A stretch of DNA of 64,000 bases, from the NCBI GenBank assembly GCA_013388515.1, contig JACAFC010000196.1, positions 397 to 64,396 on the forward strand. The letters are read 5' to 3'. Origin of the DNA: Ignavibacteriaceae bacterium (GTDB lineage Bacteria > Bacteroidota > Ignavibacteria > Ignavibacteriales > Ignavibacteriaceae). Below, piece after piece: positions 17,876-27,615 of the stretch. The notes below the pieces were generated by a model. It was not told the origin of the DNA and did no database searches. It saw only the letters and a program-made list of their open reading frames with translations. Position 1 is the first letter of the stretch, and each line of letters begins with the position of its first letter. Position numbers and translations under genes: made by a program.

Positions 17876-19678
17876 TTATTTGAGTGTATGATTTACCAGT
17901 TCATTTAGATCAGCAATCATTACTACAGAACCATCACCCATAATTGTAGAACCAGCAACACCTGGAATTTTACCAAAATAATTTCCGAGCGATTTAATAA
18001 CTACTTCCTTTTGGCCAACTAAACCTTCAACTTCAATACCGTAGCTCTTTTCTGCAATTCCAACAACTACTACATACTGCCATACTTTTTTATTGTCTTC
18101 GTTTTTTTTACCGAACATTATTTCTTCAACATTTATTAGCGGAAGTACGCTGTCGCGCATTCTTATTACAGGTTTTTGGTTTACTGTTGCAATGTTTTCC
18201 TTATGCACTCTAAGCACTTCTAATACTGAGTTTAATGGAATAACCAGAAGCTGATTGGTTAGTTTAACAATCATTCCTTGAATTATTGCCAGAGTGAGCG
18301 GCAGTTTAATTATTATTTTTGTTCCTTTTCCTGGGTTAGAATCAATTGTTATAATACCTCTTAGCTTAGCTACATTTGTTTTAACTACATCCATACCCAC
18401 ACCGCGGCCTGAAATGTTAGTAACTACTTCGGCAGTTGAAAAACCTGGAAGGAAAATCAAGTTAAGAATATCCTGCCTGCTTAATTCTTTAGCTTTCTCT
18501 GGAGACAGCATTCCTTTACTTATCGCTTTTTCTTTTATTACTTCAGGGTCTATTCCTTTTCCGTCATCTTCAATCGTGATAATTATATTATTACCTTCAT
18601 GTTGTGCGGAGAGAATGATCTTTCCTTGGGAATTTTTTCCTTTGTTTAATCTAACTTCTGGTAATTCTATTCCGTGGTCAATTGAATTACGGATAAGGTG
18701 CATTAATGGATCATTAATTTCTTCAATTAAAGTTTTGTCTAACTCAGTTTCTTCGCCATAAATTTCTAATTGTATTTCTTTATTTGATTCTTTAGAAAGA
18801 TCGCGGACTAATCTTGGAAATTTGTTAAACACTTTTCCAATTTTAACCATCCGTGTTTTCATAACCACAAGCTGCAGTTCATTTGTCATCAAATCAATTA
18901 GTTTGGTAACATCTGACAAATCGCGGGCAAGTTTAGTACCTTCCTGTTCTAATGCAACTTCAGAGTTCACTTGATTTAAACGGTTTCTGCCCAATACTAA
19001 TTCTGAAACAATATTTAATAAATCATCAAGTCTTTGAATGTCAACGCGAATTGAATTATCGGACTTTTTAGCGTTATCTGATTTTAATTTATCCTCGTCT
19101 ATTGTTTGAACAGGAACACTAAGATTTTCTGTTGTGTTATCAACTGTGCTTACCGCTTCAGGTTCTTCCAGAGGTTCAGTGTTTGATTCTATTTTCTTTT
19201 CTTTTTGTGTTGCTTTCTTTTTCTTAGTAGTCGATTCCTTTGTGGGAATATTTCCACTTTCCAGATTTTTTATCAGCTCAGTGAGCTCATCTATAATATC
19301 AGTTACATTTATATCTTCATTCTGATTTATTTCTATACAAATGAGAAGACTTTTTATTTTATCAAATGCAGAGAGTATAGAGTCCATAATCTGAGAATTG
19401 AGTATGGCCTCGCCTTTGCGGAGTTTATTTAGAATATCTTCACAGCGATGAGTTACTGTGGTTAATTTGTCTAATGCTAGAAAACTGGAGGTTCCCTTTA
19501 TTGTGTGGAAATGTCTAAAGATGGTATTTAATAGATCTTTATCATCTGGCTTTTTCTCCAAATTCATCAAATCTACGTCAAGTTTCTCTAGTATCTCTTT
19601 GGTTTCAACTATGAAACTATCGACTATTTCCTTCATTTCAGGGTCAACTAACTGAGCGTATTGATTTAATTCTTTCAT
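17876..19678 (-). CDS. cheA: Chemotaxis histidine kinase CheA
   Basis: 600 aa. Hpt domain (FRHFHTIKGTSSFL), dimerisation domain, HATPase_c (HLIRNSIDHGIE...DDGKGID...GRGVGMDVV) and a C-terminal CheW-like domain. Confidence 0.95.
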   Translation of the reverse strand: MKELNQYAQLVDPEMKEIVDSFIVETKEILEKLDVDLMNLEKKPDDKDLLNTIFRHFHTIKGTSSFLALDKLTTVTHRCEDILNKLRKGEAILNSQIMDSILSAFDKIKSLLICIEINQNEDINVTDIIDELTELIKNLESGNIPTKESTTKKKKATQKEKKIESNTEPLEEPEAVSTVDNTTENLSVPVQTIDEDKLKSDNAKKSDNSIRVDIQRLDDLLNIVSELVLGRNRLNQVNSEVALEQEGTKLARDLSDVTKLIDLMTNELQLVVMKTRMVKIGKVFNKFPRLVRDLSKESNKEIQLEIYGEETELDKTLIEEINDPLMHLIRNSIDHGIELPEVRLNKGKNSQGKIILSAQHEGNNIIITIEDDGKGIDPEVIKEKAISKGMLSPEKAKELSRQDILNLIFLPGFSTAEVVTNISGRGVGMDVVKTNVAKLRGIITIDSNPGKGTKIIIKLPLTLAIIQGMIVKLTNQLLVIPLNSVLEVLRVHKENIATVNQKPVIRMRDSVLPLINVEEIMFGKKNEDNKKVWQYVVVVGIAEKSYGIEVEGLVGQKEVVIKSLGNYFGKIPGVAGSTIMGDGSVVMIADLNELVNHTLK

Positions 19679-19679
19679 A

Positions 19680-20429
19680 TTATTTAAAGAGTTTGTCTAT
19701 TTCTTCTTGAGAAGCTTTTTCAAAATTTTTCTTAAATATTTCGTCGGCTTCTTCTTGATGAGATGTTAGCTTGTGGTATCTTGCATTTGGATCGAAGGTT
19801 GAACTCTGAACTTGTTCTTCTTCATTCTTATGCTCATTAATGTCAGCTTCATCAAGGTCAAGAACTAGAGATGATAACCTGCCTTGAACCGACTGGATGA
19901 GATGATTCACAGCTGCAAGCTGCTGAGATGTTATATCTTGTACTTGCAGTGAAAGAGTTATGTTGTTTGCATCCGATTTAATTTTTGAGATTAATTCGTT
20001 CAACTTTACTAATGCCGGCTTATTAGTTGTAACTTTTCGTAATTCATTTAGAGACTTTTTCTGTTCTTCATTTAAAGTACTGTTTAATATCTTGAACATG
20101 GCTTCTTTTTGTTCTTCACTTTTTTCCAATTCTTCAAGCATTTTATTTATTCTGTCTACATCTGCGTTCATGTTGTCTACAAGATCAAGAATTTCGGTTG
20201 TTGCCAATTCGGTAGCATTTGTAACATCATTTATATGATTAGCAGCTTTTGGGATTTTTGATGTACTGTCTGCAATGGAACGATTAATATTCTCAAGCAG
20301 CGGAACGGTGTCGCGCATGAAATCTACTAAGCTTTGAATGACTGGAATTAGCCGCTCACCATATACAAAAACTTTTTTTAAGTCATTTAACTTGTCAAAA
20401 AGTTGAGCCATATTAGAAGTTTTAGTCAT
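19680..20429 (-). CDS. cheZ: CheZ-family CheY-P phosphatase
   Basis: 249 aa, helical. [27 protein letters not shown] aligns with E. coli CheZ [37 protein letters not shown] aligns with the catalytic AQDFQDLTGQ (Asp and Gln four residues apart). Acidic C-terminal peptide QEEIDKLFK. Sits between cheY and cheA. Confidence 0.75.
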   Translation of the reverse strand: [249 protein letters not shown]

Positions 20430-20819
20430 TTAATTGACCCCAGGATTTGTGGACATTATTTGGTCTATTTTTTCTTTAAGAATTGCCGGTGTAAAAGGTT
20501 TTACAATATAGTTGCTTACTTTAGCTTTTAGTGCTTCAATAATGTCCTCCTTTACTCCTCTTGTTGTAACCATAAGTATAGGCAGGTTTATCATAGATTC
20601 ATCACTTCGAATGGCTTTAATCAATTCTAGGCCAGATAGAACCGGCATGTTCCAATCAGTAATTACAAAGTTTAATGATTTATCGGTTGCAAGTTTAATC
20701 AATGCATCTTTTCCATCAGTAGCTTCAGCATAATTTTCATAGCCAATATTTTTTAAGGTATTGGCAACAATTCTTCTCATTGTTACTGAGTCATCGACAA
20801 TTAAAAATTTTAAATCCAT
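20430..20819 (-). CDS. cheY: Chemotaxis response regulator CheY
   Basis: 129-aa single receiver domain (FLIVDDS...FVITDWNMP...MVTT...YIVKPF). Confidence 0.9.
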   Translation of the reverse strand: MDLKFLIVDDSVTMRRIVANTLKNIGYENYAEATDGKDALIKLATDKSLNFVITDWNMPVLSGLELIKAIRSDESMINLPILMVTTRGVKEDIIEALKAKVSNYIVKPFTPAILKEKIDQIMSTNPGVN

Positions 20820-20827
20820 TATATCCT

Positions 20828-21193
20828 CTAGTTTAAATATTTCGAAACTTCATACTGCATGCGTTTAGCATCAAACGGTTTAACAAGATAGGAATTAGCC
20901 CCGCATTCCAATCCTCTTTTTATCTCGGTGTTTCCTGTTAATGAAGATAGAATAATAATTGGTAAGTCCTTATAATCTTCATTTGAACGGATAATTTTGA
21001 TTAATTCAAATCCATCAATGTTAGGCATATTCAGATCTGTAATTACCAGGTCAACATTACTAGAAGGCAGAACTTCCAGCGCTTCCATTCCATCAGAAAC
21101 TTGAATTATATCGAAGCCCCTCACTTTAAGGGAAATAGAGACAAACTTTCTTATTGAAGGAGAATCTTCTGCTAGCAAAATCACTTTTTTCAT
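20828..21193 (-). CDS. Second single-domain response regulator (CheY-like)
   Basis: 121-aa receiver (ILLAEDS...LVITDLNMPNIDG...ILSS...YLVKPF) between cheR and cheY. Confidence 0.85.
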   Translation of the reverse strand: MKKVILLAEDSPSIRKFVSISLKVRGFDIIQVSDGMEALEVLPSSNVDLVITDLNMPNIDGFELIKIIRSNEDYKDLPIIILSSLTGNTEIKRGLECGANSYLVKPFDAKRMQYEVSKYLN

Positions 21194-21197
21194 TTAA

Positions 21198-22097
21198 TTA
21201 TTCCCTTTTATAACTAACAGTTTTTGGAAAACTTACAAGCTTAAATGCTTTTGAAATACCGTGCAATGTTTCGGAATATCCGATAAAAAGGTGACCACCT
21301 TTTAATAAAGAATTATATAGATGATTAACAACTTTTATTTTTGAATTTTGATCGAAATAGATTAACACATTCGCGCAGAATATAACATCAAAGTTTATCA
21401 TTGTACGCATACTAAAGTCGTCATATAGGTTTAATAGCTTAAAACTTGCCATACTTTTTATTTTCGGATCTAGTTCATATCCACTTGGGCCAAGTTTAAA
21501 ATATTTTTTTAAGTAGTAAACTGGCATGTTGCGAATAGAATATTCTTTATAAATTCCTTTTTTAGCAGTTTCAACAGCGCCAGTACTGATATCTGTACCA
21601 ACAATCTCAAAATCGAATTTGGGAAACTTTGGTTTTATAAGTTCTGAAATAAGCATTGATATAGTATAAGCTTCTTCACCGGTAGATGAAGCAGCGCTCC
21701 AAATTCTTATTTTATTCTTGCCTATTTTATCCTTTGCTTCAATCAATTCAGGTAATATTGATGAAATCAATGCATCAAATTGCGGTTGATTTCTGAAAAA
21801 GAATGTTTCATTTATCGTTATGGCTTCAAACAAATATTTTAGTTCTGCCGAACCAGAATTACTATTGTTAACAAAGTGGTAATATTCCTCAAATGACTTT
21901 AACCCAAGGAATGCATATCTTTTTCTCAATCTGCTTTCAAGTAAATACTTTTTATTGTCTTGAAAATAAATCCCGGTGCTGTTGTAAATAAACTTTCGCC
22001 AGATTTCGAAATAATTTTGGGTTAGTGCTGCATGAGATGAAGAGCCCACAATCGTTTCGGGTGTTACGGTGTTAAAACTAGGCTGTGATGGTATCAT
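21198..22097 (-). CDS. cheR: Chemotaxis protein methyltransferase CheR
   Basis: 299 aa. CheR N-domain plus SAM-binding domain (INETFFFRN...IRIWSAASSTGEEAYT...DVIFCANVLIYFD). Confidence 0.93.
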   Translation of the reverse strand: MIPSQPSFNTVTPETIVGSSSHAALTQNYFEIWRKFIYNSTGIYFQDNKKYLLESRLRKRYAFLGLKSFEEYYHFVNNSNSGSAELKYLFEAITINETFFFRNQPQFDALISSILPELIEAKDKIGKNKIRIWSAASSTGEEAYTISMLISELIKPKFPKFDFEIVGTDISTGAVETAKKGIYKEYSIRNMPVYYLKKYFKLGPSGYELDPKIKSMASFKLLNLYDDFSMRTMINFDVIFCANVLIYFDQNSKIKVVNHLYNSLLKGGHLFIGYSETLHGISKAFKLVSFPKTVSYKRE

Positions 22098-23476
22098 TTA
22101 TCTCTATCAGTCTGTTTTGTAGGATATTGTAGCTGATTAAAGATTTCATTTGCTTTTTCTTTAACCATTTCGTCAGGGTCGTTTGTCAATTTTTCTAGTG
22201 CTGTTATTATTTCAGGAGAATTTATTTCTGCTATTAAATCTAAAAGCCTCATGCGGTTCCAAACATTTGCATCCTCAATAAGCGAATCCATAAACAGAAC
22301 AATAGATTCGGGATTTGTTATGTAAAGCGCTTCAATGGCAGCCAGCCTAACATTTTCATCCTGATGATTTAAAACTTTAGAAATTGACTCAGTGAGTTTA
22401 TGTTTCTCAAATGAATTTAACTCTCCAAGTTCACTTTGGTAGCTTTGCACAAGATTCTGAGTAATATTAAGAAGGGGAATTAGGTTTGCTGGCTGTATGT
22501 CAATTAAATTATGAATTTTAGTTAATATCAAACTCTTATAATCGAAAAACTTTTCATTTAGGATCTCGTCAAGCTCAGGATCGGTTCCGTATATAATTAA
22601 ACAGGCGTACAATATTTCTGGATCATCAAAAATAGTAACCATGTGTGCTGCAATTTTTTGATATTTAGGCTCGGAGTTCAAAACCGTTTCCAGTACATTT
22701 TTCTTCATTCGTTCATCGAATGGTAAATCGAGATTGTATTTTTCCTTTAACTTGTAAATGGATTCAAGTAAGGGCCAAACTGGCGGACCAGTCATTTCAT
22801 TCATGCGCGATAAAAGTTCGTAGTATGTGTGCTCATCTCCAATTTCACCCAAACACTCTAAAACTATAAACAAAAGTAATTCATCATCTGTGTTTAGGTT
22901 TGATGTGATAAACTCAAGTGCTCTTTGAGAGCCAATTTTTCCTACTGCATCAATTACCGGAGCTCTATACTTTTCATCCTTTTCAAATAACTCCAAAATT
23001 TTATCGAGTGATTTTTCGCTCTTTAAGTTTCCTAAAGTCTCTACACATGCTAATTTTACATTTTCATCTTCATTAGAAGAAAGAATTTCAAGTACTTGAT
23101 CTTCAGCTTTTGTGTCGCCAATTAGTCCGAGTACATCTACAAGAAATTTGATATTATCATTGTTCTCACACAGAGCAAGTTTTTCTAAAATTATGTCTAC
23201 TGACGTTAATCCCTTTTTTACGAGGATTTCTCCAGCAAGGTTCCTTAGTTCAACATTTGCTGATAAGGTGTGATTAATTATAAGTTCGGGTATTAAAGGG
23301 TTTGAGTTATTGATTAAGAAATTTGTTACTGCATTCCTCAATCCTTTATCTTCATGCGATAACAGTTCTGCTAAATTTCTAGTGGTGGCTTCATCAACAT
23401 CTTTGTTGACAAGCTCCTCAATAACCTCAATTTTTTCCATAACTTTCTCTTGCGAGACAAGATCAAAATTGTTCAT
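22094..23476 (-). CDS. HEAT/PBS-lyase-like repeat protein, first gene of the che operon
   Basis: 460 aa, all-helical, with recurring ~30-aa units of the HEAT_PBS type (e.g. DENVRLAAIEAL, NVELRNLAGEIL, DENVKLACVETLGNL, RAPVIDAVGKIG). Stop overlaps the cheR start by 4 nt. Confidence 0.7.
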   Translation of the reverse strand: MNNFDLVSQEKVMEKIEVIEELVNKDVDEATTRNLAELLSHEDKGLRNAVTNFLINNSNPLIPELIINHTLSANVELRNLAGEILVKKGLTSVDIILEKLALCENNDNIKFLVDVLGLIGDTKAEDQVLEILSSNEDENVKLACVETLGNLKSEKSLDKILELFEKDEKYRAPVIDAVGKIGSQRALEFITSNLNTDDELLLFIVLECLGEIGDEHTYYELLSRMNEMTGPPVWPLLESIYKLKEKYNLDLPFDERMKKNVLETVLNSEPKYQKIAAHMVTIFDDPEILYACLIIYGTDPELDEILNEKFFDYKSLILTKIHNLIDIQPANLIPLLNITQNLVQSYQSELGELNSFEKHKLTESISKVLNHQDENVRLAAIEALYITNPESIVLFMDSLIEDANVWNRMRLLDLIAEINSPEIITALEKLTNDPDEMVKEKANEIFNQLQYPTKQTDRDK

Positions 23477-23589
23477 TTGATTTACTTTATTTCAATTAAA
23501 GACCAAATACTTTATTTACACGTTTTCAATTTTAATGCCGTTTAATAAGTTATTTCTAGGCATTTATTAATTAGAGATCTTTAAGCATT

Positions 23590-23605
23590 TGCATAATATC
23601 AGCCA
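23590..23605 (-). promoter_or_regulatory. Weak candidate sigma54 -24/-12 element upstream of the HEAT-che operon
   Basis: Minus strand TGGCTGATATTATGCA fits TGGC-N8-TGCA, ~115 nt upstream of the ATG at 23476. A match of this size is expected by chance about once in a window this long. Confidence 0.25.
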
Positions 23606-23689
23606 CATGTCAATCTATCATCATATTTTAATTACTAAGGTGCCAGGATATAAATAATTATTCTCCCAAATAATTCTGTTACTATTTAA

Positions 23690-24049
23690 TCACAGTTTGC
23701 TCTTCCATGCATTAAGAGCAAGAACCAGTTTGTCGGTTATTTGGTTGTATATTCCACCAAATTCAAGATGTTTTATTGCTTCTCCCTTTTTGCCACTTAA
23801 TGCAAGTTCTAATACTAATGCAGCAGTTTTATGAAATTCGGCATGTAGATTTTTTATGGTAATAAAATCTTCGCTTAAGGTATCTTCTTCCGGGAGTTTA
23901 TAAATCCATTGTCCAAATTGGCATTCATTATCCTTTTGAACACTACTTACTTTGAAGTCGGATTTCCCATTTTTTACAACATCCTGAAGACGTGTTTTCC
24001 AAAGAGCATGAGCATTTAGAGCAGAATCAATTGCTTCCTTTGTAACCAT
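23690..24049 (-). CDS. Stand-alone chemoreceptor zinc-binding (CZB) domain protein
   Basis: 119 aa. CZB signature H-x3-W (NAHALWKTRL), C-x-F-G-x-W (ECQFGQWIY) and H-x2-F-H (LHAEFHK). No other domain. Confidence 0.75.
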   Translation of the reverse strand: MVTKEAIDSALNAHALWKTRLQDVVKNGKSDFKVSSVQKDNECQFGQWIYKLPEEDTLSEDFITIKNLHAEFHKTAALVLELALSGKKGEAIKHLEFGGIYNQITDKLVLALNAWKSKL

Positions 24050-24132
24050 ATAATCTCCGCAATATTTAAGACCCCATCATTGAAATCTGTAAATTATTTA
24101 TAAACCTTATGAAATCTATTTTTAATTAATTA

Positions 24133-25060
24133 CTATACATCAATCAATGATGCGGGATTATCAGAGTGTTTAACATTAGATTTTATCAACTTACCATTTT
24201 GCCGTACTGATAAATTTCCATGTGATTCATTTATTTTAAATTGGCTAACAAGTTCTTGTAAGTTATAAGTAAGCTTATTCAAGTCTTCGGCAGCATTAGC
24301 AATCTGCTGAATACCAGAAGCACTTTCTTGAGTAACATTTGTTATTGATTCAATGCTCTTGCTTATCTGTTCAGCAGTAGCCGATTGTTCTTCACTTGCA
24401 GCAGCAACTTGACTGACAATATCAACAACTTTATCGGCTCCACCGATAATTTCTCTAAGTGATTCACCAGCCTTTTGTGCCGAAAGCTTTCCTTTCTCAA
24501 CTTCCTCAGTACCTTTCTGCATAGAGTCAACAGCATCAAAAGTATCTTTTTGAATTTGTTTAATCATGGAAGCAATTTCTTTTGTAGCTTTAGTGGTTCT
24601 TTCGGCAAGCTTTCTAACTTCATCGGCCACAACAGCAAAGCCTCTGCCTTGTTCACCAGCACGAGCAGCTTCAATGGCGGCGTTTAGTGCAAGGAGGTTA
24701 GTCTGGTCGGCAATATCGTCAATAACTTGCACGATTTCACCTATTTGTTCACTGCTTTTACCGAGAGCTTTAACGGTGTCGGCACTGGTTTTAACAACAT
24801 CGGCAATTCTGATCATACCATGAATAGTTTCTTCAACGACCTTACCTCCGTCTTTAGCAACTTTACCAGCCAATTTGCTTGCGTCTGCTGCTATTGAGGT
24901 ATTTGTTGTAGAATCAAGAATAGATTTTGTCATCTCATCAACAGCGTGTACAACTTGTGAAGCTTGTGCTGATTGTTCTTGTGCGCCGAGAGCCATCTGC
25001 TCAGTTCTTTTTGAAATTTGTTTTGCGCTTTCAGCAGCAGAATAAACAGCAGATGAAACT
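24133..25060 (-). repeat. Paralogous MCP signalling-domain module, copy 1 (approximate bounds)
   Basis: The 3' ~900 nt of all four MCP genes align at roughly 80 percent nucleotide identity by eye, with identical runs of 20-60 nt. Confidence 0.7.
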
Positions 25061-26250
25061 TCAGAAATAGTTTTTCCTAAAGAGTCAGTTGCATGATTAA
25101 TTGAATTTTTAATTTTTTCATGATCGCCATGGTATTTAGTATCAATTTTTGTAGTTAAGTCTCCACTGGCTATTTGTTCAAGTGCAATTACAGCTTCGTT
25201 AATAGGTGCATAAATAGCATCAAGCGTATTATTCATGCCTTGAATAATTTGCTTGTATGCGCCGTCAAATGCTTTTTCATTGCCCCTTGTAGTGCTGATT
25301 CCTTTTACAGATTCATCTGTAAGTCTGTTCATTTCCTTAACTAGTTTGTTAAGATTTTCAATCATAACATTAAAACTTGAGGATAAAGAATCGTATTGTG
25401 AAAGAGCATTTATCTGAACATTTAAATTTCCAGAGGCAATTTTTTCGGCGGCATCAATTTTTTCCAGTTGTGAATCACGCAGCTTGTTAAGCATAATACT
25501 CATCTCGCCAAATTCATCTTTAGTGTTTACGGTAGATTGTTCACGAAAATCACCCAGAGAAAATTTATTAAGCAATTCTTTGAATTTTCCAATTGGTAAT
25601 AACAGTTTTGGAATTATCTTTAAGAAGGTAATTAGAAAAGCAATTGTTCCCAGAACCATTCCTACAATAATAGTGATTATTGAATCAGAGATAATTTTAC
25701 TTACTTCTGCTTCCAGCATCATTTTCTTGTCATTAGTGTCACCAGTAATTGCCTTAAGTTCGTTATCGAACTTTTTTCTGGTTTCTTCACCTATGGTTGT
25801 AGCAATTTCCGATGCCATTTCATAATCTTTCATTGCTGCGGCACTTAATGTTCCATCAACCACTAAACCAAAATATTCATTAAATATTTGATCGAAGTTT
25901 TTGGGATGTTCCTTCATTATTTCTTGAAGTGATGAGTCTTTTATTTGTCCTAAAGAAGCAATTATTTTCTTCTTAGTTTTATCAACTTGCGTAAAAATCT
26001 CATCAAACCTGTTTTCAAAACCGGGAATGGAAAACTTAAGAAGTTCATAGTGCAGGTTTTTGAACTCGCTATTTATGTTGTTAAGGTGATCATCGGCAAC
26101 GATAATCTTCCTTGTCAAAACCTCATTTATACTTGAAAGTCTCAAGAATTGATAAACATCATTTGCAGCAATCATGGTGCTTATTGCGGCAATAATGAAA
26201 AACGCAAGCTGCGTTTTCATTCTAAATGATTTTGTTTTGACCTTTATCAT
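24133..26250 (-). CDS. Methyl-accepting chemotaxis protein (helical periplasmic sensor, HAMP-type linkers)
   Basis: 705 aa with two TM helices flanking a ~170-aa helical ectodomain. Canonical MCP hairpin tip [40 protein letters not shown]. Confidence 0.95.
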   Translation of the reverse strand: MIKVKTKSFRMKTQLAFFIIAAISTMIAANDVYQFLRLSSINEVLTRKIIVADDHLNNINSEFKNLHYELLKFSIPGFENRFDEIFTQVDKTKKKIIASLGQIKDSSLQEIMKEHPKNFDQIFNEYFGLVVDGTLSAAAMKDYEMASEIATTIGEETRKKFDNELKAITGDTNDKKMMLEAEVSKIISDSIITIIVGMVLGTIAFLITFLKIIPKLLLPIGKFKELLNKFSLGDFREQSTVNTKDEFGEMSIMLNKLRDSQLEKIDAAEKIASGNLNVQINALSQYDSLSSSFNVMIENLNKLVKEMNRLTDESVKGISTTRGNEKAFDGAYKQIIQGMNNTLDAIYAPINEAVIALEQIASGDLTTKIDTKYHGDHEKIKNSINHATDSLGKTISEVSSAVYSAAESAKQISKRTEQMALGAQEQSAQASQVVHAVDEMTKSILDSTTNTSIAADASKLAGKVAKDGGKVVEETIHGMIRIADVVKTSADTVKALGKSSEQIGEIVQVIDDIADQTNLLALNAAIEAARAGEQGRGFAVVADEVRKLAERTTKATKEIASMIKQIQKDTFDAVDSMQKGTEEVEKGKLSAQKAGESLREIIGGADKVVDIVSQVAAASEEQSATAEQISKSIESITNVTQESASGIQQIANAAEDLNKLTYNLQELVSQFKINESHGNLSVRQNGKLIKSNVKHSDNPASLIDV

Positions 26251-26272
26251 AAATTTTCTCTTGTTATTAATT

Positions 26273-26671
26273 TTATTTTAATTTGAAAGCCACCGAAATG
26301 GTTGTTTTTACTTTAACTGTTTTACCTTCATGCTGCCCGGGTTTGAATTTTGATTTTGCCAAAACCCGTTCTACTTCTTCGTCACATCCGCCGCCGAGTC
26401 CTTTTATGATTTTTACTTTGTCTACATTTCCTTTTTCATCTACATAAGCTAAGGCGTAAACTTTTCCTTCGAGCCCAGCTTTTTTAGCAACCGGCGGATA
26501 GGAAATTTTTTTAACTAATTCAGGCATTCCGCCTTCTAATTCGGGCATTGTTGTTGCAAATGCCAGGTAACCTTCATCTTCCATTGGTGAACTTTGAGAA
26601 TAAACCATTTTACTTGTCAGCAAAAAGAGTATAAAAGTAAATACGATTGTAACGATTCGTTGCTTCTTCAT
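26273..26671 (-). CDS. Secreted TonB C-terminal-domain-only protein
   Basis: 132 aa with a signal peptide. TonB_C-like [55 protein letters not shown]...; lacks the Pro-rich spacer and the ExbB/D-interacting TM of full TonB. Confidence 0.7.
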   Translation of the reverse strand: MKKQRIVTIVFTFILFLLTSKMVYSQSSPMEDEGYLAFATTMPELEGGMPELVKKISYPPVAKKAGLEGKVYALAYVDEKGNVDKVKIIKGLGGGCDEEVERVLAKSKFKPGQHEGKTVKVKTTISVAFKLK

Positions 26672-26698
26672 TGCATTATCCTTTTTTATTGTTAGTCA

Positions 26699-27615
26699 TT
26701 ACATATCAATTAGTGAAACTTTGCTTTCGTCGTAATTCTTTTTTGATTTTTTTAACTTGCCGTTAGAACCGAGAGAAAATTTGCTTGATGTTTCATTTAT
26801 AGTAAATCTGCTTACCAGCTCTTGCAGATTTGTAGTAAGTTTGTTCAAATCTTCTGTAGCATGAGCAATTTGCTGAATACCGGATGCGCTTTCTTGAGTA
26901 ACATTACTTATAGATTCAATATTTTTACTTATCTGTTCAGTAGTTGCTGATTGCTCTTCGCTTGCTGCAGCAACCTGGCTTACGATATCAACAACTTTAT
27001 CAGCTCCGCTTATAATTTCTCTTAAGGTATCACCAGCTTTTTGAGCTAATAATTTGCCGTTCTCAACTTCCTCAGTGCCCTTTTCCATAGAATCAACAGC
27101 TTCATTTGTATCCTTCTGAATTTGATTAATCATTGAAGCAATTTCTTTTGTAGCTTTAGTTGTTCTTTCCGCAAGTTTTCTAACTTCGTCAGCTACAACT
27201 GCAAATCCTCTTCCTTGTTCTCCAGCACGGGCTGCTTCAATTGCTGCATTCAAAGCAAGCAGATTTGTTTGATCGGCTATATCATTAATAACCTGAACTA
27301 TTTCACCAATTTGCTCACTGCTTTTGCCAAGAGCTTGAACTGTGTGAGCACTTGTTCTTACAACGTTTGCAATTGTGTTCATGCCGGAAATTGTCTCCTC
27401 AACAACCTTACCTCCATCTTTTGCAACCTTACCAGCGGATTTGCTTGCTTCTGCTGCAAGGGAAGTATTTTTCGAAGTTTCAAAAATTGTTTTAGTCATT
27501 TGATCAACTGCGGCGGCTACTTCGGAAGCCTGTGAGGATTGCTGCTGTGCACCGGCAGCCATTTGCTCTGCGCTTGAAGAGATTTCGTTTGCGGCGCTTG
27601 CTGTTGCTTCAACAG
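26699..27615 (-). repeat. Paralogous MCP signalling-domain module, copy 2 (approximate bounds)
   Basis: As copy 1; for example GAAGCAATTTCTTTTGTAGCTTTAGT is identical to copy 1. Confidence 0.7.
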
